DNA from: Actinomycetes bacterium
GTDB lineage: Bacteria > Actinomycetota > Acidimicrobiia > Acidimicrobiales > Bog-793
NCBI GenBank assembly: GCA_021838945.1
Contig: JAKCCH010000004.1
Location: forward strand, 1-63,363
Direction: 5' to 3'
DNA length: 63,363 nt
Below the pieces are notes generated by a model. It was given only the letters and a program-made list of their open reading frames with translations. It ran no database searches and was not told where the DNA came from. Position 1 is the stretch's first letter. Every line of letters begins with the position of its first letter. The position numbers and the translations under genes are program-made. Of this stretch, positions 19,722 through 28,543 are shown piece by piece.

Positions 19722-19958
19722 TCACTCGGTGACGATGAAGATGCACTCGCCGGGGCACTCCTCGGCGGCTTCGCCGACGGCATCTTCCAGGTCCGGTGCG
19801 ACGTCGGCCATCTGAGCCGAGCCCCCGGGATCCTTGAGGACGTTGTCGCCCTGCTTCACGTAGGCGAGGCCGTCGTCGAGCAGGGTGAAGACCGAGGGGC
19901 AGATCTCCTCACAGAGGCCGTCGCCTGTGCATAGGTCCTGGTCTATCCACACCTTCAT
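19722..19958 (-). CDS. Monocluster ferredoxin
   Basis: CTGDGLC...ECP (CxxDxxC...C). RBS AAGGAG. Confidence 0.93.
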   Translation of the reverse strand: MKVWIDQDLCTGDGLCEEICPSVFTLLDDGLAYVKQGDNVLKDPGGSAQMADVAPDLEDAVGEAAEECPGECIFIVTE

Positions 19959-20243
19959 CGACCGAATCTCTCCTTCGACACTGCCGGGGAAGCATCCGCG
20001 AGCCGGGGGCGAGCAACTGGACGCGCTCTCGCCAGTCTATGGGAGGGCGCCCCCGATCCGCACTGACGTCGCCGAAGGTAACGACGACTTGCACGAGGTG
20101 TCAAAAATATCGGGCACAAACCGACCGCCCGCCCGACACGGCGGAGGACGCCTCGAGACGTGCCGCCGGCCGGGGGTGGCCGGTGTAGGGTCCGAAACAG
20201 CGGAGAAATCAGGTCCGGATCCGCTGAGGAGGTGACCGCGACG

Positions 20244-22013
20244 ATGGGAATTCCCCGGGATCCGGCTGCACGAGGCTCGGGGGCCGACGCCGACAACGAG
20301 GAGCTCAGGCGCCGCATCGAGCAGGCCGAGGAGGAGATCGTTGAGCTACGGCGGCGGCTGCAGGAGGCTCCGCAGCGCGTGCGCGCCCTCGAGGAGCGGC
20401 TCCTCGAGGCCAAGGGCCAGCTCAGCCATGCCGCCTCACAGAACGAGAAGCTGACCTTCACCCTGCAGCAGGCGAAAGAGCACATCGCCTCGCTCCGTGA
20501 CGAGGTGGACAAGCTGACGCAGCCTCCCGCCGCCTACGGCACGTACCTCGGTGTGAACGACGACGGCACCGTGGACGTCTTCGCGAGCGGCCGGAAGATG
20601 CGCGTCGCCCTCCACCCGGACATCACCTTGGAGGAGCTGCGCAAGGGGCAGGAAGTCGTCCTCAACGAGTCGCTCAACGTGGTGCTGGCCCGCGACCCCG
20701 ACCAGGGTGGCGAGGTCGTCACGATCGCGGAGATGTTGGAGGACGGGAAGCGGGCGCTCTGCGTCGGTCGCGCCGACGAGGAGCGAGTGTCGGAGATCTC
20801 CGAGTACCTCGCAGGCGTGCGGCTGCGCGCCGGCGACTCCGTCCTCATGGACCCTCGCACCGGCCTCCTGCTCGAGAAGCTGCCGCGGCCGGAGATGGAA
20901 GAGGTCGTCCTCGAAGAGGTCCCCGACGTGAGCTACGCCGACATCGGTGGTCTCGACGACCAGATCGAAGCGATCACCGATGCCGTGGAGCTGCCCTACA
21001 TGTACCGGGAGCTCTTCTCGGAGTACAGGCTCCCGGCGCCGAAGGGAATCCTGCTGTACGGCCCGCCTGGGTGTGGCAAGACGCTCATCGCGAAGGCCGT
21101 TGCGAACTCGCTCGCGAAGAAGGTCTCGGAGCGGACCGGGAACTCGAACACGCGCAGCTACTTCCTCAACATCAAGGGACCGGAGCTGCTCAACAAGTAC
21201 GTCGGCGAGACCGAGCGCCAGATCCGGCTCGTCTTCCAGCGGGCGAGGGAGAAGGCCGAGGAGGGTGTCCCGGTCATCGTCTTCTTCGACGAGATGGACT
21301 CGCTCTTCCGAACCCGCGGGACCGGGATCAGCTCGGACATGGAGTCGACGATCGTCCCGCAGCTGCTCGCCGAGATCGACGGCGTCGAGACGCTCCGCAA
21401 CGTCATCGTGATCGGTGCCTCCAACCGGGAGGACCTGATCGACCCGGCGATCCTGCGGCCGGGACGGCTCGACGTGAAGATCAAGATCGAGCGCCCGGAC
21501 GAGCACGCCGCCGGGCAGATCTTCGCCCGCTACCTGACAGCGGAGCTGCCCCTCGACTCCTCCGATGTCTCGACACTCGGCGGCGGCGATCCTGACAAGG
21601 CCGTGAAGGTGATGATCGAGCGGACGGTGACCGAGATGTACCGGGCGGACCAGGACAACCGGTTCCTCGAGGTCACGTACCAGAACGGGGACAAGGAGAT
21701 CCTGTACTTCAAGGACTTCTCGTCGGGAGCGATGATCGAGAACATCGTGCGTCGCGCGAAGAAGCTCGCGATCAAGCGGGCCATCGCGGCGGGGGAGCGG
21801 GGGATCCGGGTGGCCGACCTCGCGGCCTCGATCAAGCAGGAGTACAAGGAGAACGAGGACCTCCCGAACACGACGAACCCGGACGACTGGGCGAAGATCT
21901 CGGGGAAGAAGGGCGAGCGGATCGTCTACGTCCGCACCCTCATCGGCCAGGGCGAGGAGGAGCCGCAGGGAGGGCGGGCGATCGAGCGGGTGGGCACGGG
22001 CCAGTACCTGTGA
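20244..22013 (+). CDS. arc: Proteasome-associated AAA+ ATPase (ARC/Mpa)
   Basis: N-terminal coiled coil, [24 protein letters not shown] and C-terminal GQYL. RBS GAGGAGGT before ATG 20244. Confidence 0.97.
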   Translation: MGIPRDPAARGSGADADNEELRRRIEQAEEEIVELRRRLQEAPQRVRALEERLLEAKGQLSHAASQNEKLTFTLQQAKEHIASLRDEVDKLTQPPAAYGTYLGVNDDGTVDVFASGRKMRVALHPDITLEELRKGQEVVLNESLNVVLARDPDQGGEVVTIAEMLEDGKRALCVGRADEERVSEISEYLAGVRLRAGDSVLMDPRTGLLLEKLPRPEMEEVVLEEVPDVSYADIGGLDDQIEAITDAVELPYMYRELFSEYRLPAPKGILLYGPPGCGKTLIAKAVANSLAKKVSERTGNSNTRSYFLNIKGPELLNKYVGETERQIRLVFQRAREKAEEGVPVIVFFDEMDSLFRTRGTGISSDMESTIVPQLLAEIDGVETLRNVIVIGASNREDLIDPAILRPGRLDVKIKIERPDEHAAGQIFARYLTAELPLDSSDVSTLGGGDPDKAVKVMIERTVTEMYRADQDNRFLEVTYQNGDKEILYFKDFSSGAMIENIVRRAKKLAIKRAIAAGERGIRVADLAASIKQEYKENEDLPNTTNPDDWAKISGKKGERIVYVRTLIGQGEEEPQGGRAIERVGTGQYL

Positions 22014-22089
22014 GCCGCCTGCGGAGAGGATGACAGGCCCGAACGACCGATGCGGCATCGCGCGCCGCGAGGTGGGGTAGCGTCCGATC

Positions 22090-23580
22090 GTGGCCATCCC
22101 GAAGGTCTGCGGTATCGAGACCGAGTACGGCGTGCACGTCGTGTCGTCGAGCGAGATGAGCCCGACGACGGCCTCCTCCCTCCTCATCAACTCCTACGTG
22201 GCACGCCTCGAACGGCGCGTGGGCTGGGATTTCGAGGACGAGTCGCCCGGCCGTGACGCACGCGGGTTCGCGCGCGAAGGCGCCATGCCGCCGGAGATCG
22301 AGACCCACCTCGTGAACGCAGTCCTCACTAACGGCGCCCGCTACTACGTCGACCACGCCCACCCCGAGTACTCCACCCCCGAGTGCTCGAACCCGCTCGA
22401 GCTCGTGTGTCACGACCGCGCCGGCGAGGTGATCCTCGCGCGGTCGATGGACGCCGCCCGCCGCCTCCTTCCTCCCGGGGAGGAGATCGTGGTGTACAAG
22501 CACAACTCGGACGGCAAGGGGAACTCCTACGGATGCCACGAGAACTACCTCGTCGACCGGGCCGTGCCCTTCTCGCGCATCGTGCAACGGCTCACACCTC
22601 ACTTCGTGAGCCGGCAGGTGTACACGGGAGCCGGCAAGATCGGCCAGGAGAACTCCGACACGCCGCACCCCGTGCCGTTCCAGCTGAGCCAGCGCTCGGA
22701 CTTCTTCGAGGAGGAAGTGGGGCTGGAGACGACCCTGAAGCGCCCGATCATCAACACGCGCGACGAACCGCATGCCGATCCGCAGAAGTACCGGCGACTC
22801 CACGTGATCGTGGGGGATGCCAACCTCGCGGAGGTGGCGACCTTCCTCAAGGTCGGCGCGACGGCGATCGTGCTCGCGATGATCGAGGACGAGTTCGACG
22901 CGGGCCGCGATCTCACCCTCGCCAACCCGGTCGCCGCCATCCGAGCGGTGTCGCACGACCCGGGCTTGCACGCCCTGGTGGAGCTCGCCGACGGGGAGCG
23001 GCTGACCGCACTCGAGCTCCAGTGGGAGCTGCTCGCTCTCGCGCGCAAGTACGCGGAGGATCGCGGGCTCGCCGTGCTCGGGGACGAGGAGGTCGGCCGC
23101 ATGGTCGTCGAGCGCTGGGAACAGGTGCTGACGGCGCTCGAGACGGACCCGGCCTCGCTCGCCGGCCAGCTCGACTGGGTGGCGAAGCTCCGGATCATCG
23201 ACGGCTACCGGGAGCGGCACGGGCTCGAGTGGACGGACCACCGCCTGGCCGCCATCGACCTGCAGTACCACGACATGCGGCCGTCGAAGTCCCTCTTCGA
23301 CAAGCTGCAGATGGAGCGTCTGGTCGATCCTGCCGACGTGGAGCGGGCGGTGACGGAGCCGCCCACGACCACTCGCGCCTACTTCCGCGGCCGTTGCCTC
23401 GCCCTGTTCGCGAAGTCGATCGTGGCTGCGAACTGGGACTCGGTGGTCTTCGACGTGGGTGCGGATCCTCTCCGGCGGGTACCGATGATGGAACCCCTCA
23501 GGGGAACAGCGGCGCACGTCGATACGTTGTTGGAGGGATGTGAGAGCCCGGCTGAGCTCGTCGAGCGGCTTGGCTCCTAG
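22090..23580 (+). CDS. dop: Pup deamidase/depupylase
   Basis: Motifs [70 protein letters not shown]. Confidence 0.95.
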   Translation: MAIPKVCGIETEYGVHVVSSSEMSPTTASSLLINSYVARLERRVGWDFEDESPGRDARGFAREGAMPPEIETHLVNAVLTNGARYYVDHAHPEYSTPECSNPLELVCHDRAGEVILARSMDAARRLLPPGEEIVVYKHNSDGKGNSYGCHENYLVDRAVPFSRIVQRLTPHFVSRQVYTGAGKIGQENSDTPHPVPFQLSQRSDFFEEEVGLETTLKRPIINTRDEPHADPQKYRRLHVIVGDANLAEVATFLKVGATAIVLAMIEDEFDAGRDLTLANPVAAIRAVSHDPGLHALVELADGERLTALELQWELLALARKYAEDRGLAVLGDEEVGRMVVERWEQVLTALETDPASLAGQLDWVAKLRIIDGYRERHGLEWTDHRLAAIDLQYHDMRPSKSLFDKLQMERLVDPADVERAVTEPPTTTRAYFRGRCLALFAKSIVAANWDSVVFDVGADPLRRVPMMEPLRGTAAHVDTLLEGCESPAELVERLGS

Positions 23581-23588
23581 GAGACGAC

Positions 23589-23789
23589 ATGGCTGAACGT
23601 GAACAGAAGCGGCGCCCGGCACCGAGCCGGGAGACGGAGACGATCGAGGAGGACGAGGCCGCAGCGTCCACCGAGCGGGGGGAGAAGCTGAAGGCGGAGA
23701 TCGACGACCTCCTCGACGAGATCGACGAGGTCCTCGAGGACAACGCCGAGGAGTTCGTCCGCAACTACGTGCAAAAGGGCGGAGAGTAG
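23589..23789 (+). CDS. pup: Prokaryotic ubiquitin-like protein Pup (C-terminal GGE)
   Basis: DDLLDEIDEVLEDNAEEFVRNYVQKGGE. Confidence 0.97.
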   Translation: MAEREQKRRPAPSRETETIEEDEAAASTERGEKLKAEIDDLLDEIDEVLEDNAEEFVRNYVQKGGE

Positions 23790-23815
23790 GCGGCCGCGCA
23801 GTAGCCTGCGGGCCG

Positions 23816-24703
23816 ATGACGCTGCCCTTCTTCTCGCCCGGGCAGGACCCGGGCTCCAGCTTCTCGGAGCTGATCCGGCGACTGCAGGTGTCCGGGCAGC
23901 TTCCAGCCAGCGCGCCGGCCGTCCAGCCCGGTGGCGCGGGCGCGAGCGTCCAGGGGCTGTCGCCGCCGGACGGGCTGAGGGGCGTGGTGCACGGCACGAC
24001 CATCGCGGCGCTGCGCTTCCAAGGCGGCATCGTCATGGCCGGAGACCGACGGGCGACCGAAGGCCACGCCATCGCCCATCGCGGGATCGAGAAGGTCTTC
24101 CCGGCCGACCGGCACTCCGCAGTCGGCATCGCCGGTGCCGCCGGGCCGGCCATCGAGATGGTGCGCCTCTTCCAGACCCAGCTCGAGCACTACGAGAAGG
24201 TCGAGGGCTCCACCCTCAGCCTGGAGGGCAAGGCGAACCAGCTCGCTCAGATGGTCAGGGCGAACCTGCCGCTCGCGATGGAGGGCATCGCCGTCGTGCC
24301 CCTTTTCGGTGGCTACGACCAGCGTCGCCGCTCCGGTCGGCTCTTCTCCTTCGACCTCGTCGGCGGCCGCTACGAAGAGCTCGAGTTCTATGCCACCGGC
24401 TCGGGTGGCCGCGACGCCCGGAACACGATCAAGCTCGGTTTCTCGCCCGAGCTCGCCGAGGACGAGGCCGTCGAGCTCCTCGTGAAGGCGCTCTACCAGG
24501 CCGCTGACGAGGACTCGGCCACGGGCGGGCCGGACCCGCTCCGGGGGATCTACCCGGTCGTGGCCGTGGTCGACGAGCACGGGTACCGCAGGTTGGAGGA
24601 CGAGGATGTGGCGGAGCGCTTCGCCGCCCTCGTCGACAGCCTGCGGCGGCCCCTACCGAATGGACCGGCCACGCCCGGTGTGGAAGGGGTGGACGCGCCA
24701 TGA
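23816..24703 (+). CDS. prcB: 20S proteasome beta subunit
   Basis: Propeptide followed by HG|TT, AGDRRAT, LEHYEKVEG..LSLEGKAN, GSGG, AADEDSATGGPD. Confidence 0.95.
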   Translation: MTLPFFSPGQDPGSSFSELIRRLQVSGQLPASAPAVQPGGAGASVQGLSPPDGLRGVVHGTTIAALRFQGGIVMAGDRRATEGHAIAHRGIEKVFPADRHSAVGIAGAAGPAIEMVRLFQTQLEHYEKVEGSTLSLEGKANQLAQMVRANLPLAMEGIAVVPLFGGYDQRRRSGRLFSFDLVGGRYEELEFYATGSGGRDARNTIKLGFSPELAEDEAVELLVKALYQAADEDSATGGPDPLRGIYPVVAVVDEHGYRRLEDEDVAERFAALVDSLRRPLPNGPATPGVEGVDAP

Positions 24704-25416
24704 GCATGCCGTTCTACGTGGCGCCCGAGCAGGTCATGAAGGACCGGGCGGAGTACGCCCAGAAGGGCATCGCCCGCGGCCGGGCTCTCGTGGCCGCCTG
24801 CTACGAACGCGGCGTCCTCATCGTCGCCGAGAACCCCTCGAAGACACTGCACAAGATCAGCGAGATCTACGACCGGGTCGCGTTCGCCGGGGTCGGCAAG
24901 TACAACGAGTTCGACCAGCTGCGCGTCGCCGGCGTCCGGCACGCGGACACGAAGGGCTACTCGTACTCACGCGAGGACGTCGACGCGCGCTCCCTCGCCA
25001 ACTTGTACGCCCAGTACCTCGGCCAGGTGTTCACCCACGAGATGAAACCGCTCGAAGTCGAGATCCTCGTGGCGGAGCTGGACCCGGCCGGGTCCGCGCA
25101 CCAGCTGTACCACATCGCCTACGACGGCACGGTTGTCGACGAGGTCGGCTTCGCATGCCTCGGCGGTGACGCTGACACGATCACCACCCGCCTCAGCTCC
25201 TCCTATCAGGAAGGCTGGACGATGCAGGAGGCGCTCGTGAATTGCGTGGCGGCGCTGGCAGGTCCCGAGCGCGGCCTCGGACCGGGAGATCTCGAAGTTG
25301 CCGTGCTCGAGCAGGGGCAGGACCGCCGCTCGTTCCGGCGCCTCCAGAACGGGGATCTCGAGGAGATGCTCGGACCAAGCGGCGAGGCGACGGCGAGCGG
25401 CGACCTCACCCCGTGA
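24700..25416 (+). CDS. prcA: 20S proteasome alpha subunit
   Basis: Motifs MPFYVAPEQVMKDRAEYA.KGIARGR, KISEIYDR, LEVAVL. Confidence 0.95.
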   Translation: MSMPFYVAPEQVMKDRAEYAQKGIARGRALVAACYERGVLIVAENPSKTLHKISEIYDRVAFAGVGKYNEFDQLRVAGVRHADTKGYSYSREDVDARSLANLYAQYLGQVFTHEMKPLEVEILVAELDPAGSAHQLYHIAYDGTVVDEVGFACLGGDADTITTRLSSSYQEGWTMQEALVNCVAALAGPERGLGPGDLEVAVLEQGQDRRSFRRLQNGDLEEMLGPSGEATASGDLTP

Positions 25417-25783
25417 TGGCGACGACGCCGACCACGAGCAGGGCGATCACGACCACGAGTGCGACGGCTGCGCCGAGCCAGCTCGTGTGTCTGGCGTAGC
25501 GCACGTCGAGGTCGACGGCTTCGACGACGAGCGTCCCGAGCGACTCGCCCGCCAGCTCGGCTTCCACGAGGTCCACGTCGACGGCGGCGTCGACAGCGTC
25601 GGCGAGCAGGATCTCCCGGCTCAGTGCGAGCTGGTCTTCGCTCACGTAGACGTCCACCGCCCCCTGCAGGGGATAGGGACCGTCCGAGACTCCGCGCAGC
25701 TCGACGAGGATGCCTTCGGCGCCGAGCCGTGCCGCGACGACACGCCCGTGGAACGAGCCCTGCACCGTCGTCAGGTGTCTCAT
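25406..25783 (-). CDS. DUF2007-like protein with C-terminal TM helix
   Basis: AARLGAEGI...[17 protein letters not shown] and a hydrophobic C-terminus. Start at ATG 25783 or 25801. Confidence 0.65.
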   Translation of the reverse strand: MRHLTTVQGSFHGRVVAARLGAEGILVELRGVSDGPYPLQGAVDVYVSEDQLALSREILLADAVDAAVDVDLVEAELAGESLGTLVVEAVDLDVRYARHTSWLGAAVALVVVIALLVVGVVAITG

Positions 25784-25827
25784 GTGACCGGTGGGTGGCA
25801 TCCGCCCCGAGGCTACCGTTGAACTCG

Positions 25828-27186
25828 ATGGAGCGCCGGATATTCGGCCTGGAGAACGAGTACGGCGTGACATGCACGCTTCGCGGGCAGCGGCGCCTCA
25901 GCCCGGACGAGGTGGCACGGTACCTGTTCCGGCGCGTCGTGAGCTGGGGACGGTCGAGCAACGTCTTCCTCGAGAACGGTGCCCGGCTCTACCTCGACGT
26001 AGGGAGCCATCCCGAATACGCGACTCCCGAGTGCGACTCCATCGAGGACCTCGTCGCCCACGACAAGGCAGGGGAGCGGATCCTCGAGAGCCTCGTTCGC
26101 TCCGCCGAGGCGCGCCTTCGCGACGAGGGGATACGCGGCGTCGTCTACCTGTTCAAGAACAACACGGACTCGGCCGGCAACTCTTACGGCTGCCACGAGA
26201 ACTACCTCACGAGCCGCCGCGACGACTTCTCGCACTATGCCCAGGTGCTGATCCCCTTCTTCGTCTCGCGGCAGATCTACGCGGGCGCCGGGAAGATCCT
26301 CCAGACGGCTCGCGGGGCGATGTTCTGCCTCTCGCAGCGAGCCGAGCACATCTGGGAGGGCGTCTCCTCGGCGACGACGCGGAGCCGCCCGATCATCAAC
26401 ACACGCGACGAGCCCCATGCCGATGCTGAGCGCTTCCGCCGGTTGCACGTGATCGTGGGTGACTCGAACATGAGCGAGTACGCCACGTTCCTCAAGGTCG
26501 GGGCGACGAGCATCCTGCTCCGGATGCTCGAGGAGCCTGGCGTCGTCTTGCGCGACCTCACGCTCGAGGATCCGATCCGAGCGATCCGGGAGATCAGCCA
26601 CGACATCACCTGTCGCCGGCCTGTGCGGCTCGCGAACGGGCGGGAGGCGAGCGCGCTCGACATCCAGAAGGAGTACCTGGGGCGCGCGATCCGCTACGAC
26701 GAGCAGCGGGGCCTCCCGCCACTCGAGCACCGCGCCCTCGAGATGTGGCAGCACTGCGTCGAGGGCATCGAGAAGGACCCGCTCAGCCTCGACCGCGAGT
26801 GCGACTGGGTCATCAAGCACCGCCTCGTCGAGGCGTTCCGGCAGCGCCACCAGCTCGCGCTCGGACACCCGCGGGTCGCGCTCCTCGATCTCCAGTACCA
26901 CGACGTCGACCGGCGCCGCGGCGTCTTCTACCTGATGCAGGCGCGCGACCAGGTTGATCGCGTGACGGACGACGACACCATCGAGCGGGCGATGGAGCAC
27001 CCGCCCGAGACGACTCGGGCACGGCTTCGCGGCGAGTTCATCCGCCGGGCGAAAGAGCGCCGGCGGGATTTCACCGTCGACTGGGTGCACCTCAAGCTGA
27101 ACGACCAGACGCAGCGGACCGTGTTGCTGAAGGACCCCTTCCGATCGCACGACGAGCGCGTCGAGCGCCTCATCGACGCGATCTGA
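25828..27186 (+). CDS. pafA: Pup--protein ligase
   Basis: Motifs [71 protein letters not shown]. Confidence 0.97.
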   Translation: MERRIFGLENEYGVTCTLRGQRRLSPDEVARYLFRRVVSWGRSSNVFLENGARLYLDVGSHPEYATPECDSIEDLVAHDKAGERILESLVRSAEARLRDEGIRGVVYLFKNNTDSAGNSYGCHENYLTSRRDDFSHYAQVLIPFFVSRQIYAGAGKILQTARGAMFCLSQRAEHIWEGVSSATTRSRPIINTRDEPHADAERFRRLHVIVGDSNMSEYATFLKVGATSILLRMLEEPGVVLRDLTLEDPIRAIREISHDITCRRPVRLANGREASALDIQKEYLGRAIRYDEQRGLPPLEHRALEMWQHCVEGIEKDPLSLDRECDWVIKHRLVEAFRQRHQLALGHPRVALLDLQYHDVDRRRGVFYLMQARDQVDRVTDDDTIERAMEHPPETTRARLRGEFIRRAKERRRDFTVDWVHLKLNDQTQRTVLLKDPFRSHDERVERLIDAI

Positions 27187-27207
27187 GCGTCTGTAGACTG
27201 ATCGGCC

Positions 27208-27750
27208 GTGGGCGGCCTCGACCCCGCCAAGTTGCTCGTCATCCTCGTGTTGGCCCTCGTGATCCTCGGCCCTGAACGCCTGCCGAAGGCCGCGCGGCAG
27301 ATCGGGGCGTTCTGGCGCGACTTCAACCTGTTCCGCGAGCGCCTCGAGCAGGAGGTCCGCAGCGCCTTGCCCGACGTGGATCTCCCGCCCATCCCGAGGA
27401 TGCCGGCACGTGGGATCACGGGCTATCTCACCGGCATGATGCAGGAGGCGGACCGAGGCTCCGAGGCCGGGGGAGCGGTCGAGGGTGATGTCGAAGAAGG
27501 AGGGGGTGCCGGCGAGAACCCGCCGGCCCGCTCCGAGTGGCAGCGGTCCGGCAGATCGCCGACGACCCCGCCTCCCAACGAGGGCCCGATCGTCGTGCCG
27601 AACGGCGTACCGGCCTCCTGGAGCGTGAGCGCGGCCGAGTCTCCGGGGTACGCAAGCGGGTCGTTCTTGTCGTCGGTCCCGGCCACGTCGCCGGAAGCGG
27701 TCCTCAGGGCAGAGGCGCGCCTCGACCTCGACGACCCGAGCTGGAATTAG
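27208..27750 (+). CDS. tatB: Twin-arginine translocase TatA/TatB-family subunit (TatB-like)
   Basis: N-terminal TM helix, then LGPERLPKAARQIG, an amphipathic helix and a long Pro/Gly/Ser tail. Confidence 0.8.
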   Translation: MGGLDPAKLLVILVLALVILGPERLPKAARQIGAFWRDFNLFRERLEQEVRSALPDVDLPPIPRMPARGITGYLTGMMQEADRGSEAGGAVEGDVEEGGGAGENPPARSEWQRSGRSPTTPPPNEGPIVVPNGVPASWSVSAAESPGYASGSFLSSVPATSPEAVLRAEARLDLDDPSWN

Positions 27751-27769
27751 TGCCGGCACCAAGGAGTCG

Positions 27770-28543
27770 TTGATGGCCCGGACGATGCAGCGACGCCAGG
27801 CCGCGCGCCCGTCACCCGACGCGATGACCCTCCTCGAGCATCTCGGGGAGCTGCGGCGGCGCCTCATCATCTCGCTCGTCACCTTCGTGGTCGGTGGCAT
27901 CGCCGTGTACGTCGTCTACAACCCGTTGCTCGACCTGCTCACCACGCCGTACTGCAACGCCCTGCACTCGCTCCACCGGCACATGCACGGCTGTCCGGCC
28001 CTCTTCATCACCGCCCCGCTCGAGGGGTTCACGACGCGCCTCAACGTGTGCGCGTACGGCGGCCTCGTGGTCGCGCTGCCGGTCATCCTGTACGAGCTGT
28101 GGAGATTCGTCACGCCCGGGCTGAAGACGAACGAGCGAAGGTACGCCCTTCCCTTCGTGATCTCGAGCGTGCTCCTGTTCGCCGCAGGAGCCGTCGTGGC
28201 CTTCCTCATCTACCCGAGAGCCCTGCAGTTCCTCATCTCGTCCTCCGGTCCACACGTGACGTCGATCTTCTCGCCCGCGACCTACATCTCGCTCCTCATG
28301 GCGCTTGTGCTGATCTTCGGGATCGCGTTCGAGTTCCCGGCCGTCCTCGTCGGCCTCGAGCTCGGTGGTGCCATCACGAGCAGGGGACTGCGGTCGTTCC
28401 GCCGTTGGGCGATCCTGCTCATCGTGATCTTCTCGGCCGTGATCACACCGAGCTCGGATCCCTTCTCCATGCTTGCGCTCGCCGTCCCGCTCCTCGCGTT
28501 CTACGAGGGAGCGATCGTGGTCGGCCGCGTCCTCGGCAAGTGA
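27770..28543 (+). CDS. tatC: Twin-arginine translocase subunit TatC
   Basis: Motifs MTLLEHLGELRRRL, LWRFVTPGL...ERR, FEFP, AVITPSSDP. Confidence 0.95.
   Translation: MMARTMQRRQAARPSPDAMTLLEHLGELRRRLIISLVTFVVGGIAVYVVYNPLLDLLTTPYCNALHSLHRHMHGCPALFITAPLEGFTTRLNVCAYGGLVVALPVILYELWRFVTPGLKTNERRYALPFVISSVLLFAAGAVVAFLIYPRALQFLISSSGPHVTSIFSPATYISLLMALVLIFGIAFEFPAVLVGLELGGAITSRGLRSFRRWAILLIVIFSAVITPSSDPFSMLALAVPLLAFYEGAIVVGRVLGK

Noticed and set aside
23589-23789. Pup ending in Glu rather than Gln
   Set aside because: This is a known common variant. Dop then acts only as a depupylase.
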